DNA of 64,000 nt, from assembly GCF_004010195.1 (NCBI RefSeq), contig NC_057756.1, positions 1,340,672 to 1,404,671 on the forward strand, written 5' to 3'. Each line of letters opens with the position of its first letter. Position 1 is the stretch's first letter. The position numbers and the translations under genes were made by a program. The notes under the pieces were generated by a model. That model saw only the letters and a list, made by a program, of their open reading frames with translations, made no database searches and was not told the origin of the DNA. Source of the stretch: Chiloscyllium plagiosum. Lineage: Eukaryota. Positions 51,040 through 63,792 of the stretch are shown piece by piece.

Positions 51040-51568
51040 CTCCAGGCAGCTGATCAAACCACTCAGTTTTAACTAAAACAGAATTTTTTCACAGACTACT
51101 GAATGGAACACAAACAACAGAAAAGAGATATTACAATAATAACGACTTGAAAGCCTGACCGATATGATTATTCCCCACAGTTTAACAAAGGTTTGTTATG
51201 ATTTCTTGCAACATCACATAAACACACCCTTTCACAAAATGTTAAATTCAGAGGTTCTAAAAAGAGAAACGTTAGAGAGTGCGAGTCAGCCAGAGAACCA
51301 CTGTTTTATCAAGGAATCTTTTCTCTCAGCAGCTTTCTTGAACCAAAAGCTTCAAACTAACCCAAACTATTAAAAAAACCTGAGCTGGGAGAACTGTCGA
51401 ATTACTTTCCATTTTTAAAACCAAAAGGCCTACTCTGATGGTCGAATTAGGCAGTATCTGTTAGCCATTACTTAAGTAGTTACTTCAGGCGTAAGGGTAC
51501 CTCTCCGTTTATTTACCCTCTCGAAAACAAAAGGCAACATAATCTTTTTAAAGGGGCAGCAGCATCAC
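51040..51568 (-). repeat. Partial LTR of the element C family
   Basis: Homologous to 40905-41425 (gatca.accactcagtttt, aaaacagaattt, aaaacctgagctgg, ggtacctct, gca.cagc.tcaca end). Confidence 0.85.
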
Positions 51569-51831
51569 ATGAGCAATTTTGGTGAATGGTTTGGCGTTCT
51601 TGTGAAGCTTTGTAAAGCTGTTTGACATATGTAAATGATCAATGACAGTAAATAGAATTGACGTTTAGAAGCTGCTTTTCTGGCAGAAATATCTGTATTC
51701 ATGGCAAAGAATCTCAGCATCAGTTTTATTAATCACCCAGTGGATGAGGGCATCATTGATTGGGCGATATTTCTTGGCCAACCCAAGTTGCCATAGGGAA
51801 TGGCTTCGAGCTGTAATCTTGAATTGTTACA

Positions 51832-52052
51832 GGAGTTTGCACATTCTCCCCGTGTCTGCTTGGGTTTCCTCCAGGTGCTCCGGTTTCCTCCCACAGTCCA
51901 AAGATGTGCAAGCCAGGTGAATTGGACATGCTAAAATGCCCATAGTGTTAGGTGATTAGTCAGAGGGGAAATGGGTCTGGGTGGATTACTCTTTGGAGGG
52001 TCGGTGTGGACAGGTTGGGGCTGCTTCTACACTGTTGGAAATCTAATCTAAT
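51832..52052 (+). mobile_element. 5'-truncated HE1 SINE
   Basis: ggagtttgcacattctccccgtgtctgc...cccacagtccaaagatgtg and aatctaatctaatc tail. Confidence 0.92.
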
Positions 52053-52399
52053 CACTCCAGATGAATTTGTAAATGGCCGGAAATATAGCAACATTTGGGC
52101 TCCTATACCCGCACTTGTCTTGATTGTCTGCTTTTACTTTATCTTTTAGCTTCCTTTCTCCCCCTTCTTCCTTTCCTTTTTATTTACTTTTCACTCAAAT
52201 TATCCAGGAATATAAGGAATAGATTTGAAAATCTATCCATCACCAATGATGACGTAAATACAATTCTAAGTTTTGGAATAATTCACCTTCAATTTTCTTT
52301 ATTGGTTTTTCCCCTGTGAACAAAACATCATCATTATAGGAAATACATGTTAAGTTAAACTTCAGAACCGAACGTGTATCCCATATTTTAGCGCCAAAC

Positions 52400-53530
52400 T
52401 GCCGAATGTACCATGCTCTTTTAGAATGTCAATTACTCAAGCAGGTATATAGGGTCTAAGATGCCGATGTGGACAACATTAAGCAATTTTGCCTTTAAAT
52501 TCAGTCGTTTTCTCACCTTCAATAAACGTCCCGCGGACCGTTCTGTTCCTCTCCTTGAATTCTCTCTTTCAATTTAAGAGGGTAGGCTGCCCACCAATAT
52601 TCATTACAGACTCACAGACTCCGAGAGTATACTGTGCTACATTATATAATTTAAGGACTTAAATACATTCTTAAATGCAACACGTATCTTCGCCCCTCCT
52701 CCATTGCCATAATTCTGCAGGGACCATTTGCTCTGTGAAACCCTTATCAAATTCGTCATCACTCCTAACATTTCTGCACTGTCCATTGCCTCTTTGCATG
52801 AAATTGTAGAATATGTAACAGTTGCCAATGTATCTCTTCCCGCCTCATCGTCCAACCAACAAGCATAGTCTTTTACTTTAATTACTTCATTCTAATTTAC
52901 TGTAGACTGCATGATGACTGCATGAAACATACGCGCTGACATTACATATCACACTGCCCTTTCAGTTACTTTCAATCAAGTACGTCACCTTGCTCTCATG
53001 CAAACAATTTTGGCAGAGGTAAGCTATACTGCAACATAACACACGTAAGAAGAAGAATACCACATGTTCCTCTTAAGCAGTTTATCGCTTCCAAGACTCT
53101 ACATTGGCAATTTTATAGGGGGACCTGCATATTATTACCTTTTTCTTAAATTATTCAATCCTCACCTCTCTTAACAACACTGCCAGTGTCTCGCAACTCA
53201 ACCTCCACACGCACTCTTGCTTGCACCTTGATCACTTTATTCTCAGAGATATTCAATGTTCTTACTTCCACACCTTCATTAATCACATTTTAAAAATTGT
53301 ATTTCTCCTATTTCCCACCATTACCAACCACAGTTTATTTCACTGTGAGAAGCTTTAAGAATGTTCCACTTGCTTTTCTCCACTCATCCACAATTTGAAA
53401 TAAAAAGACAATTCCTGAAAATACTTTTTTGACAAAGAGTGACAGCAGCATGCAACTATAAATTTCTCCTTTTCGCCCAGGCATACTCAGACCAACTGAG
53501 CATGTCTAGAAGTTTCTGTTTTTTTTTTAC
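52400..53530 (+). mobile_element. Very decayed Penelope-like element relic
   Basis: Pyrimidine-rich segment ending in a PLE-type tail (gaccaactgagcatgtctagaagtttctgtt), with a GIY-YIG-like tctaatttactgtagactgc near 52890. Alignment by eye only. Confidence 0.4.
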
Positions 53531-56500
53531 GAAGGAAGGAGATAAATCAAAAGCTCTGCAGGAAAGCAAATTTAGTGTCTTGTCGGCTGGAGCAGGTCAC
53601 ATGTTTTGAATGCTGCTGTGAATTTCTGACTTTCCTACTTTTTCAGAACCTCTCTTCCAACACCACACATTTCCAAAACTATGGGGACACTCTACATTTG
53701 TCTGACTAGACGCAGATGTACAATACACAAGAAACTGCACCTTGAATTTGCATTGTTTGATAATAAGCATCCCTCCTCATGGACAGATTTAGGACTCCGA
53801 ATGGGGAAAAGAAATGCTGTGCAATCTTCATTGACATCAAATGACGTTGAAGCAAGGTGAACAAGACATAATGTGGACACACCATAAACAAATTCAATGA
53901 GGTGGCTTTACTAAATTGATATGCTGTAATGCACTGTATTTCATTATTGCCATTATATCTTACGGGGAGTGCATAAATTGTTATGATTCCTTAGTCATCA
54001 TAATGCGATGGCCACTGTTAAAACACTAAAGAGCGCTTTGCATACATGGGTACATTTCTGTCCGCGAAATGGTTGTTTGTAGTCCAGTCTTTCAACGAAT
54101 ATTGCATAACGTATTGCACAATTAATTTGTAGCATATTGAGATCGGTCACTATTGAAAATAAAGTAAAAATCTCTGACTGGATCCGAAATTTAGGATATA
54201 CAATAAAGACGAAATGAAATCAAGCATGATATGAGTGGGAGAAATGAACGTTGATCTTCCTCAGAAATATTTCCTGATTGATGACCAGAATGATATGTTT
54301 TACTAATTTTTTTTCTTGCTGTAGATGCAGTATACATAGCTTTATTTCATTCAATATTTTACCTTTTTTACGCAATTCATTCTCTGTAGAGTGAATTAAT
54401 TGAACAATAAATGGTGAAAACCTTATTTTTACTTACTAACGAAGGATGATTATGATAAAGTGAGAAGCTTAAAAAAGCAGAACCCCGCATTTAAAAAAAA
54501 ACAGAAAATCATTTGGATACTGCTGCAAGTGGAATGATACTGTGCATGTCTTTTTTGTCAGAACTGATACAATGATAAAACTTTCAGTGGAAGCAACCAT
54601 TTATATCTCATGAAATACATGAGCCAGTCAATGGCCAGTTTTCATTAACCAGTCAGATTTGATTAGTTTATGCGTTTCCACAGTATATATATATCGAGAT
54701 ACAGTTACCATATACTATTTAATTCTTGTTGATGCAATGTGTGCTACGATTTTTTTCTGTTTATGTTAGAAAACGCTCAAAGTTTGAAGATACCCAATCA
54801 CTATCAGATATAAATAGGTTACATATGCTCATTCTAAACTGGTAATTAGACCGAGGAGCAGCTTTCTGTGAAATAAACCTTCCAGTGTTGATAAATAAAA
54901 ATGTGATGTTATAACATGGACAACAATGTTGTAAATCCACACTGCATATGATATTGGCAGACAAAGAGGGCGAAAGATTACTAGTCAGTGACGGAAATCG
55001 AAACATACACATTTGGAGAAGTATAACATCTGGCACTATTCATCACCAAACGTGGATAACGCTGGTGGCAGAGAATGGTTGAGTCATCGTTATGACTTGA
55101 GCTCCAGTGGCCCAAGGCGGGGTCGAGGTCATTCTGAGAGCCTTGGTTGTCCTTGTGGATAGGTTGAACATAAAGCGTGGATCCCAGTAAAGATGCTTCG
55201 CCATTTGGTAAAGGATACGAAAAGCTAGCCTCTGGAAGAAATCTACCTCTTCTACCTTTCACAGTGGAATCTGAAATGATTGACTTCTTCCTGCATTCAA
55301 CCCAGACGAGAAAGAAAACATGCTGATCAACTCACAAGGTTTAAAGCTTTCTTTGCAATCAGTGACTAAAACAGATATGTTAACTAGAGTGTTATGTTCT
55401 CCAAGGAATTACACAGTGCAATTTGTGGAGCTACCATTGTGGTAAAACGGCCAATTTGTCCTGTGAGGAGGGGTTACTCGGGTAGCAACTTTGGAAGAAA
55501 CCACACTGTACCATGCAAGGTAACTCAGTGTTGTTGTTCAATCTTTGTGCATCAGAAACCTATTCTTAGTGGTACTCGCTTTGTCTCAGCTCCAGTCCCA
55601 AGAAATTTTTGAAATGTCTAATAATCATGATTGCAACAACCACATTTGACAACATTGCTAAGTTGTATTTTGCAACATCTCAAAGACATGCAGCTATTTG
55701 AACTTAAATCTCTGGAAGAAAAATGCGTTTACGAAACTCTATGTTAGAACTTCATGAATCATCTGACCAAGACACACACCGATATGTCCAGAGGTCGCAG
55801 TCAGCTGCTGCAGCAACAGAAAACTCTTATGCAAATAATTAAAGTTTCTTTCCATAAAACATCCGTTTATGTTTTATCACCATGTTTTCTTTTGACTGAT
55901 AATCTTAGAAATCCTTCCCTTCCATAAACCTATCTACGCCTGCCTGAAACACCTTTTATGACTCTATCCCCATCGCTTTTTGCATCACAGCGTTTTACAG
56001 CCCTGTGAGTAAAAGAAAAGCACTTCCTAATTCCTTCCCTTGAAAGGGTGATACAAGAATTTAGTATTCGGTTTTAGATTTGAAACTGAGTTATATAATT
56101 ATCAGTCTGTGAAAGTAGTTTAAGGCCAATCTTTCCAGGACCATGACTTTAAGCCAATGCATGCCACTAAGTTGGTGACATCAAAGCTACCTAGAGTGTT
56201 AATTGAAGTTTGTATATACCATCATGCTTTATGACAGCAGAGAGAAAAAAGAAAAAAAAAGATATCATTACATCTAAGAAGAATAAGTTTACAAAAAAAT
56301 CTTTTAGATCAGTTCAATGGAGACCTCATTAAATTGCGGTGCAATATGATCTCTCCTCGAGCAGGATATTATTCAGAAGCGATCAAGAGCAGACTTTACC
56401 ACTGTTTCAGATGGTAGCAAAAATAACTTCGTGGCTATCAGTCTTTGCTTCACAGAGATCTTTTCTGGTTATTAAGAAGCTGAGCCAGTGTTAGAATTCA

Positions 56501-56799
56501 GTATGTGAATAGCAGCGAACTAAGGGTTTCAAAACTCAGAGAACAAAAACTGTGAAGAAACAGGTAAGTGGAAATAACAAATTGTAGAAGAAAGGAAAAC
56601 ATATCTAGATTTTCTTTCACTGCCTCATGATATATGTTTGGGGAGAAGTTCGCATTTCCTTTGCTGCGCAATGGGAAACATCTCAGTCTGTATGGCGTTC
56701 ACCTGTAAACTCTTATTTATTTTCTTAGCAAGATAGCATTGTTTCAAATTTCGCTGACAAGAAGGAAAATTATAATATTCTCAACTGAATGATAATTTT

Positions 56800-57520
56800 A
56801 AAAAGAACAGCGTCCAGTCTGGAACGAATAGAGTTATGAAGAACTTTGCAGCCGGATGTGTCCTCAAATATGCAAAAAGAAGAATCGATTAATTGCAGAA
56901 CTGGTTGTATGCTGTTTTGGAAATTCAACAAATCACTGGACAATATTACAACCTATTGACACGTTATTGAAAAAGAAATACATGACTTGAATATTTAAAA
57001 AAATCAGCGGCAATATAGATGGAATTATTGTTCAGTTTGCAAGAATTGAATCAACATAAATGTCTGTTGCCTTCGAATAGTGGCCTGATATTATCATAGA
57101 GAAAAGTGGACTTCAGGAAACCATAGAGTTTTTTTTTATGACGACTGATATTAGATGTCGTGGCTGCTTTACTGAGACCAGTTGAGAATGAAAAAAAAAA
57201 AAACTGTTTGGATCATTTTATACAAATTATTCCACCTGTGTTGTTAGAATGTGTAGATCTGATTGCATGAAATGCTCCAGTGCTGATATCCTTATAAGGT
57301 GATATCCTTATCTTCGAGCCAGGAGGCAAGGGTTGATGTCCTCTCCTGCCTTACTAGCACCTCTGACATGAACAGATTGTTTAGGAAATATCTCGAAACG
57401 AATTTCGATATGTAGCCTCGATGCATCGTCTTCTCGACCATTGATATGATTTGGAATATCATCTGGTGTTTCTCCAGATAAATTTCTCAGACATTGTTGT
57501 TGCACATCTGAAGAACTTTG
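56800..57520 (+). mobile_element. Possible ancient CR1/L2 relic (ORF1 esterase end and endonuclease start)
   Basis: Frameshifted RRID*LQNWL...NHW and LDVVA-(I)TET motifs. A related copy lies at 58800-59090. Confidence 0.35.
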
Positions 57521-59442
57521 TATCATCTTCGGTACTCATAAACCTTAATTCCCACCTTTTGAATCCCACTGTGAACATGGCTTCTTTCTCTTTTATAAGA
57601 ACACACCCTAAAATAAAACAGTATGCCCAAGCTTTCACTGTCCTGATATTTTATAACGAATCACGTCTCAAATACTACTTGGCTGGACTCTTATGCAGTG
57701 AAGTCGGCGCTTTATTTCAGTAGCATTACAGAAATATAAATGTTAATTAGGAAAGTCCTGCTCACCTAACTCTTGTACTCTCTTCTTCAAAGCAAATATT
57801 TCTGTTTGTTTATTAAATAAAATACAAGTTCAGTTGTTACATTGAGCGATACTTTAAGGGTTGCATTTCATTTGTGTTTCAATATCAATAAGTTAACACT
57901 GTGATGAACGCAATTCTGAAATATAATTGTTTCTGTCGCCTCTGCAAAAAATAGTAAAAACGTCTCATATAATGATATGAAAACAGAAGAATACCGGATG
58001 TTCATAGTCTTAAATTATTAAATGTATCCCTGTGTTACCCTTCAAAGACATACTTCTTTCCAAGTATTTATCCTGTTAGTGTTTAATATGCCCCAGTCTG
58101 TATCAATTCCAGGGCAAGATATGAACATTATTGAAAGGTATTGTGCATTATGGCAGTAATTGTTAGGCCTAATACTTTACAAAAAGACAGCTGAAATATT
58201 GTTCGAATTATCCAGAAAAAGTGAAGTTAACAAGAAAAATACTTGTAGTTGAAATTATTTTCTGTTATGGGGCGCCAGAAGAAGAAAGCAATATTGCAGA
58301 TTTGTGAGAGAATAGGCAAATCTCCCAGCATTCAAAGATAATCTCGAGAAAAAGAAAGCGAAGTTATGCGCAATATGCCAGATTATAATACCACACAGGA
58401 CCCAAAGATGCACGAAACACTCAACACACTCCAAATTTGCAGAAGGCTGTTTGATTGCTCACTTCATCTACTTTCTCCAAGTTATTGGTCATTTTCCAAC
58501 CTTTTTAATCTGTGTGCCTCGAGGGCATTTATAATGGATATCATGAGTGCAAAGATTAGGGGTCTTGGTGTAACTGAGCAGATTATATCGTCCTCAGAGT
58601 CATATTGTGTTAACAGACATACTATATGATTATTCATAAATCAGAGCACACGAGTTCGCATGTCTCCAGATATTACCAGATGAACAATTCGCAACATCAA
58701 AATATTAATTGTAAAGTAGAGACAGCTAAGTCAAGAATAATGAACAGTCATGCAGCATAATATGTCATGGTCTTACGATAGCCACCAGAAGTTAGGATTT
58801 GTGAGGAATGTTAGGAGAACCTTGGCAAGCCGTCATCTGCCCGAATTAACAGAAATATGAAATTATATATCAATCTGGATAGTATAGAACGTCACTGGAT
58901 TAAAGGTCCATAGAATGCACAATAACTGCGGACATCTTGCTCAGTTTCAAGAATTAATCCAATTGATTGCTTATTGTCATCGATTATTTGGTTTTTATTA
59001 TCAGAGAGAAGAGTGGATTTTAGAAAACCATAAAGTTTGTATGACAACTGATTTTAGATGCTGTAGCTGACATTACTGAGATTAGCTGTCACTTACAAAA
59101 AACCAACACAAGTAGACAAAAATATCTGGGGCACACGCACCATTAAGGAATTCTCCTTATCTCAGTGAAAAGCTAACTTGTATGGATAGACTTTACATAA
59201 TGATATCACAACAACAAAAGTAGTTACATCGAGCAGAACCATAATCCAGTTTATCTAATTTACACGTATCGACTAAATAATTATTGCATTGAGCATAACA
59301 GGTTAAAATCAGATAGAGAAAATGAGGAAGACCTCAGTAAAAAGATTAAGAGCTAACATAATCAGAAGAAAGCATAACGCTAAAAGAAAAGAAAAAGAAA
59401 TGCATCAAGTATCAGCAAAAGAAAAATCATCAAGTAAAATAG

Positions 59443-59785
59443 TGGAGGCAATGGCCTAATGATCTTATAGCTGGACATTTATTCCAAACGCCCAGGTAAA
59501 GTTTGGGGGATTTGGGTTTGAATTGCATCATGACAATACGTGGAATTTGAAGTAAACAAAAATCTGGAATTCCAAATCTAATGATGACCATGAATCATTT
59601 GTCGGTTGTTGATTGTTCGTTCACGAATGCTGTTTAGGGAAGCAAACTGCCATCCACACCTGGTCTGGTCTACTTGTGACTCCCGGTCCACAATAATTTG
59701 GTTGACTCTTAATTTGCTTTTGAGCAATTAAGAATGGACAATAAATTGTGGCCTGGTTCTTGACGCCCATGGCCTATGATTAAAT
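59443..59785 (+). mobile_element. tRNA-derived SINE sharing its 3' tail with the 640-1000 LINE family
   Basis: ggaggcaatggcctaatg head, gggtttgaatt B-box-like, tttagggaagcaaactgccatcc...ggtctggtctacttgtgactcc body, gcaattaagaatggacaataaa tail. Confidence 0.7.
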
Positions 59786-59849
59786 AGCAAAACTGTCAAG
59801 AATATTGATATGATGCATTAATGTTGTTACAGGATCAAAGGAGATTAAT

Positions 59850-60390
59850 ACATCAGCTGCACCTTCTGGAACAAACAGAATAGGAATGGGTGGAGTAACC
59901 CCATAGATCTGACAGGGTCTGTGGAGTTGGAAACACAATAAACACTTGGAGCCGTGCATGACTCTTCAGAGCTGAATGTTTCGAGGATAAAGTTATATCA
60001 AAGATTATGGGTGTAGCGGTAGGAGGCGGGAGAGTGAAAACAAATGAGTAGAGGTGGAAAGGAAGCCTAGAAAAAAAAGAAAAGAAGTATAAAACGCAAG
60101 CAGGTGAAGGACATTTTTGACATGAAACCAGGTATGAAAATATAGTTGGTGATAATGGTGCAATGAATGGTTGAAAATGTGTTTGCTGAAACCATACAAT
60201 TTCGTCATGGGTTTGAAGAAGTAGATACTTGAGTTGGAGGGAGGCTTTGAAAACTTTTAACATTGAAGTTGAACCCGCACTGCCATGAAGCACCAAATCC
60301 AAATGTGAGGATGCTGCTCCTCTAACAAGGTTAGGTTGCCCTTGGTTTCTGTTCCAGAGGGATCGGAAACACATTGATTCCAAAACGTCT
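59850..60390 (-). mobile_element. Decayed Penelope-like element 3' relic
   Basis: Mirror of the PLE tail (gaacaaacagaata...gatctgacag...tgactcttcagagctg). ORF 59853-60383 has LQLKYLL...FQQ remnants of the GIY-YIG C-terminus. Confidence 0.45.
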
Positions 60391-61047
60391 AGGTTCTTTT
60401 TTTGAATAATTTAAAAAAAACAAACAAACACGTGTTCAGTGAAAGAGGAGAAGCCAGTTCTTCCAGCACAGCTTGTTTTGGTTTTAGCAAACAGTAAGTT
60501 TTTTTGCTCAGTTTCAGTGGGGGAATCTAAAAGAAACAACTACATGACGGAAGGTGTTCCATGTTCAATCTCTCTGCCATGATGGAAGTTATTCTGGCAG
60601 TTATGTAGTTAACCTCGTGTTGCAATGTATGTTTGGGATCATGTTACAGGCTCCAGTAACAGATAATTTGAGTGCATTATGATAGACTAGTCAAATCATT
60701 GGTAGATGAGTTAATGCTGAAGACGATGGTGTTGCAATGTGATAGGTTAAGCATGATGGAGGGAGTCGGTGTGGCAGATGATAATTAGTTTAGAAAGACA
60801 AAGCAAGCTAGCATGATTGGCTATGCACATGTTATCTGATAAGTGTGGGACCAACAAATTGTATAAACTGGAGGAGGACAAAGAACTTGTGGGGAGACAG
60901 GGAAGACATTTTGCTGGTTCCCACAGCTTTGATTTTGCAAGATTAAAGTTTAAGTTCATGAAGGATATTCTGCATGTCCTGGTAATTTTTTGCAGAGCAT
61001 TGAGTGAGTCCTCCACAACAATATCTCTCTCTCTCCTTTAAGATCCT

Positions 61048-63480
61048 GAACAGAGAACATAGAACATAAAAGATTACAGCACAGTACAGTCCATTCGGCT
61101 CTGCATGTTGCTCTGACCTGTGAAACCAATCGGAAACACAACTGAGTACATTATTCCGTTCTTGTCCAGATGCCTATTCAAGCACCATTTAAATGCCCTC
61201 TACTAATTTTGCACGCAGTGTATTCCACGTCCCTTCTACTCTCAGAGTAAAGGAACTGCCTCTGAACCCTGTCATATTCTTTCACCTCTCAGTTTAAAGC
61301 TTTGTCCTCTCATGCCAACCATCGCCATCAGCATTCGAGTAAACAGGCTGTCGCTGTCTAACGTAACTAACCCTCTGATTATCTTATATGTTTCAATTAA
61401 TTCATCATTCAACCTTCTCTCTAACGAAAACAAGTCCCTCAGAGTTTCCTCGTAAGACCTTCCATCCATATCTGGCAACAGCCTATTAAATCACCTCTGA
61501 AACCTTTCCACATCATTCCTAAAATTCCACATTCAGAACTGTATGCAATAATCCAAGTGTGGCCCGCACCAGTATTTTGAACAACTGCTGCATGACCTTA
61601 TGGTTCCAAAACTCAATCCATCTACCATTAAAAAGTGGACACACCGTATGCCTTCTAAACAACCTGATCAACCTGGGCGGCAACTTTCAAGGAATTATTC
61701 ACCTGAACACGGATCTCTCTCTGCTCATTTACACGACAAAGAATTTTACCATTAGCCCAGCACTCTGCATTTCTTTTACCCCCTCCAAAGTGAATCACTT
61801 CACACTTCTCCGCATTAAACTCCATTTGCCACCTCTCAGCCAGGTTCTGCAGCTTATCGATGTCCCTCTGTCACTTACAACATCCTTCCTCACTATCCGC
61901 AACTCTACCGACCTTAAAGTCATCTAAAACAGATTCTTGCGTACACCAGCAGTAATGGCACTCCAGGATAAATATTTCACATTAACAACCGCCCTCTGTC
62001 TTCTTTCAGCGAGCCATTTACTGATCCAAACCGCTCAGTCACCCTTGATTCCAAGACTCTGTATTTTGTGCAGTAAACTACTGTGGAGAACATTATCAAA
62101 TGCCTCATGAAAATTCATATGCAACACATCAAGCACTTTACCCTCATCTGCATATATTGTCACCTTGTCAAAGAACTCAATAAGGTTTGTGAAGAACAAT
62201 GTACCCTTTACAAAAACGTGTTGATTATTCCTAATCAATTTATCCCTTCACAGATGATTATAAATCCTATCTCTTATAATCCTTTCCAACAATTTATGCA
62301 CAATAGAAGTAAGTCTAACCGATCTATAATTAACAGAGTTATCTCTACTCTCCTTCTTGAACAAGAGAAAAAAAAATGCTATCCTCCATTTTTCTGGCAC
62401 TAATCCTGTAGAAAATGACGACATAAAGATCAAAGTCAGAGGCTCGGCAATCTCCTCCCCGATTTTCCAGAAAATCCGAGGATAAATACCATCCAACCTC
62501 GTGGATTTATCTACTTTTATACTTTCCAGGATTGCTAAAAACTCCCCCTTGTGACCGTCAATCCCGTCTAGTTTAGCAGCCTGTATCTCGGTATTCTCCT
62601 CGACAACATTGTCTTTTTCTCAAGTGAAAACTTCTCCTATCTCCTCTGACTCCAACCACAACTTACCACTACTATGCTTTAATTGGCCCTAAACCTCTTC
62701 TAGTCATTCTTTTACTCTGGTATACTATCGAAAGCCTTAAGGTTTTCTTTGATCCTATCAGCCAACGAATTCTCATGTACCCTCCTGGCTCTTCTTAGTT
62801 TGTTGCTTCGGTCTTTTCTGGGGTGGTTGTAACTCTCAAGCCCCCGAACTGAGTCATCACATCTCATCCTAACATAAGCCTTCTTCTTCCTCTTGATGAG
62901 AGAGTCAACGTCCTTAATAAACCACGGCTACAGCTCGATAACTTCCTTCTTGTCTAATCGGTATATAATTATTAAGGACACGCAGTAGCTCTTCCTTGAA
63001 TAAGCTCCACATTTCAATTGTACACATCCCCTGCAGTTTCCTTCCCCGTTCTTCGCATCCTAAAGTTTGCCTAATGACTTCGTAATTATCTTTTTCCCCA
63101 GCTATAACCCTTGCCCTGCGGTAGAATTAATTGCTTTCCGTTACTAAGCATCATCGAATTGTGGTAACCATCACCAATGTGCTCTCCTAACTCCAAATCT
63201 AACAGCTGGCCTGGTTCATTAACTAATACAAAGTATAGTGTGACCACGCGCCTTGTTGGCCTCTCTACATACTGTGTCAGGTACTCTGCTGCGCATGTTG
63301 GACTGAAGCTGACCCATGTAATGTATTAGAACTATAGCGTTCCCGGTCAATATTTGGAAAATTAATGTGCTCCATAACAACTACCCTCTCACTCTCGCAT
63401 CTATTGAGGATCATCTGTGGTATCCTATCATCCACATCTCCGGAGCTATTCGGAGGCCAATGGAAGACTCTCAACTCCCC
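61048..63480 (-). mobile_element. Decayed CR1 LINE (endonuclease to tail)
   Basis: ORFs 63277-63507, 62248-62496 (DGIYPR, NYRSVRLTS), 62035-62238 (NQHVFVKG, TNLIEFF) and 61272-61478. gaacagagaacatagaacat tail. Confidence 0.92.
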
Positions 63481-63792
63481 TGTGATTGATTTTACCGTTT
63501 TTGCCAAGTGGTGTTCTCGGGGACTGTTGCAAACATTTGGTACAGCATCATGAAGTTTGGATAGTCTTTTGGATTTTCGGATAGTTTATCTTATTCTGTA
63601 TCCTGCTTTTTTTTCGTCGTGTTTTATTCGGTAATCTTGCAAATAAATTCTGTTTTGTTTAAAACTAAGTGGTTGTACCAGCTTCACCACTCCTGGAATA
63701 TGCACTGTACACCTTTTCAGAACAACCAGCAAAGTTAAGGTCTGGGCTACTGTCTTGAAAAGTTTTGATCGGAGTCTGGCCAGATCTTTAAC
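63481..63792 (+). repeat. Internally deleted LTR of the element C family, opposite orientation
   Basis: TG...CA ends. aataaattctgttttgtttaaaact.agtggt...cactcctggaatat is the reverse complement of 40885-40950. Confidence 0.8.

Noticed and set aside
54981..55270. About 95 open codons on the minus strand as a possible terminal exon
   Set aside because: Weak pyrimidine tract, no recognisable domain, and a length attainable by chance.
55412..55560. RSS-like arrangement (cacagtg + 23 nt + gtaaaacgg; cactgta; ctcagtg...tcagaaacc)
   Set aside because: Nonamers are poor, one heptamer lacks CAC, one spacer is 21 nt, and there is no V-domain (WYRQ/YYC) or C-domain exon anywhere in the window.
57095..57170. 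REKWTSGNHRVFFMTTDIRCRG, resembling DEAD-box motif V, and box C/D-like ATGACGA...CTGA
   Set aside because: No other helicase motifs or terminal snoRNA stem; a LINE endonuclease relic explains the region better.
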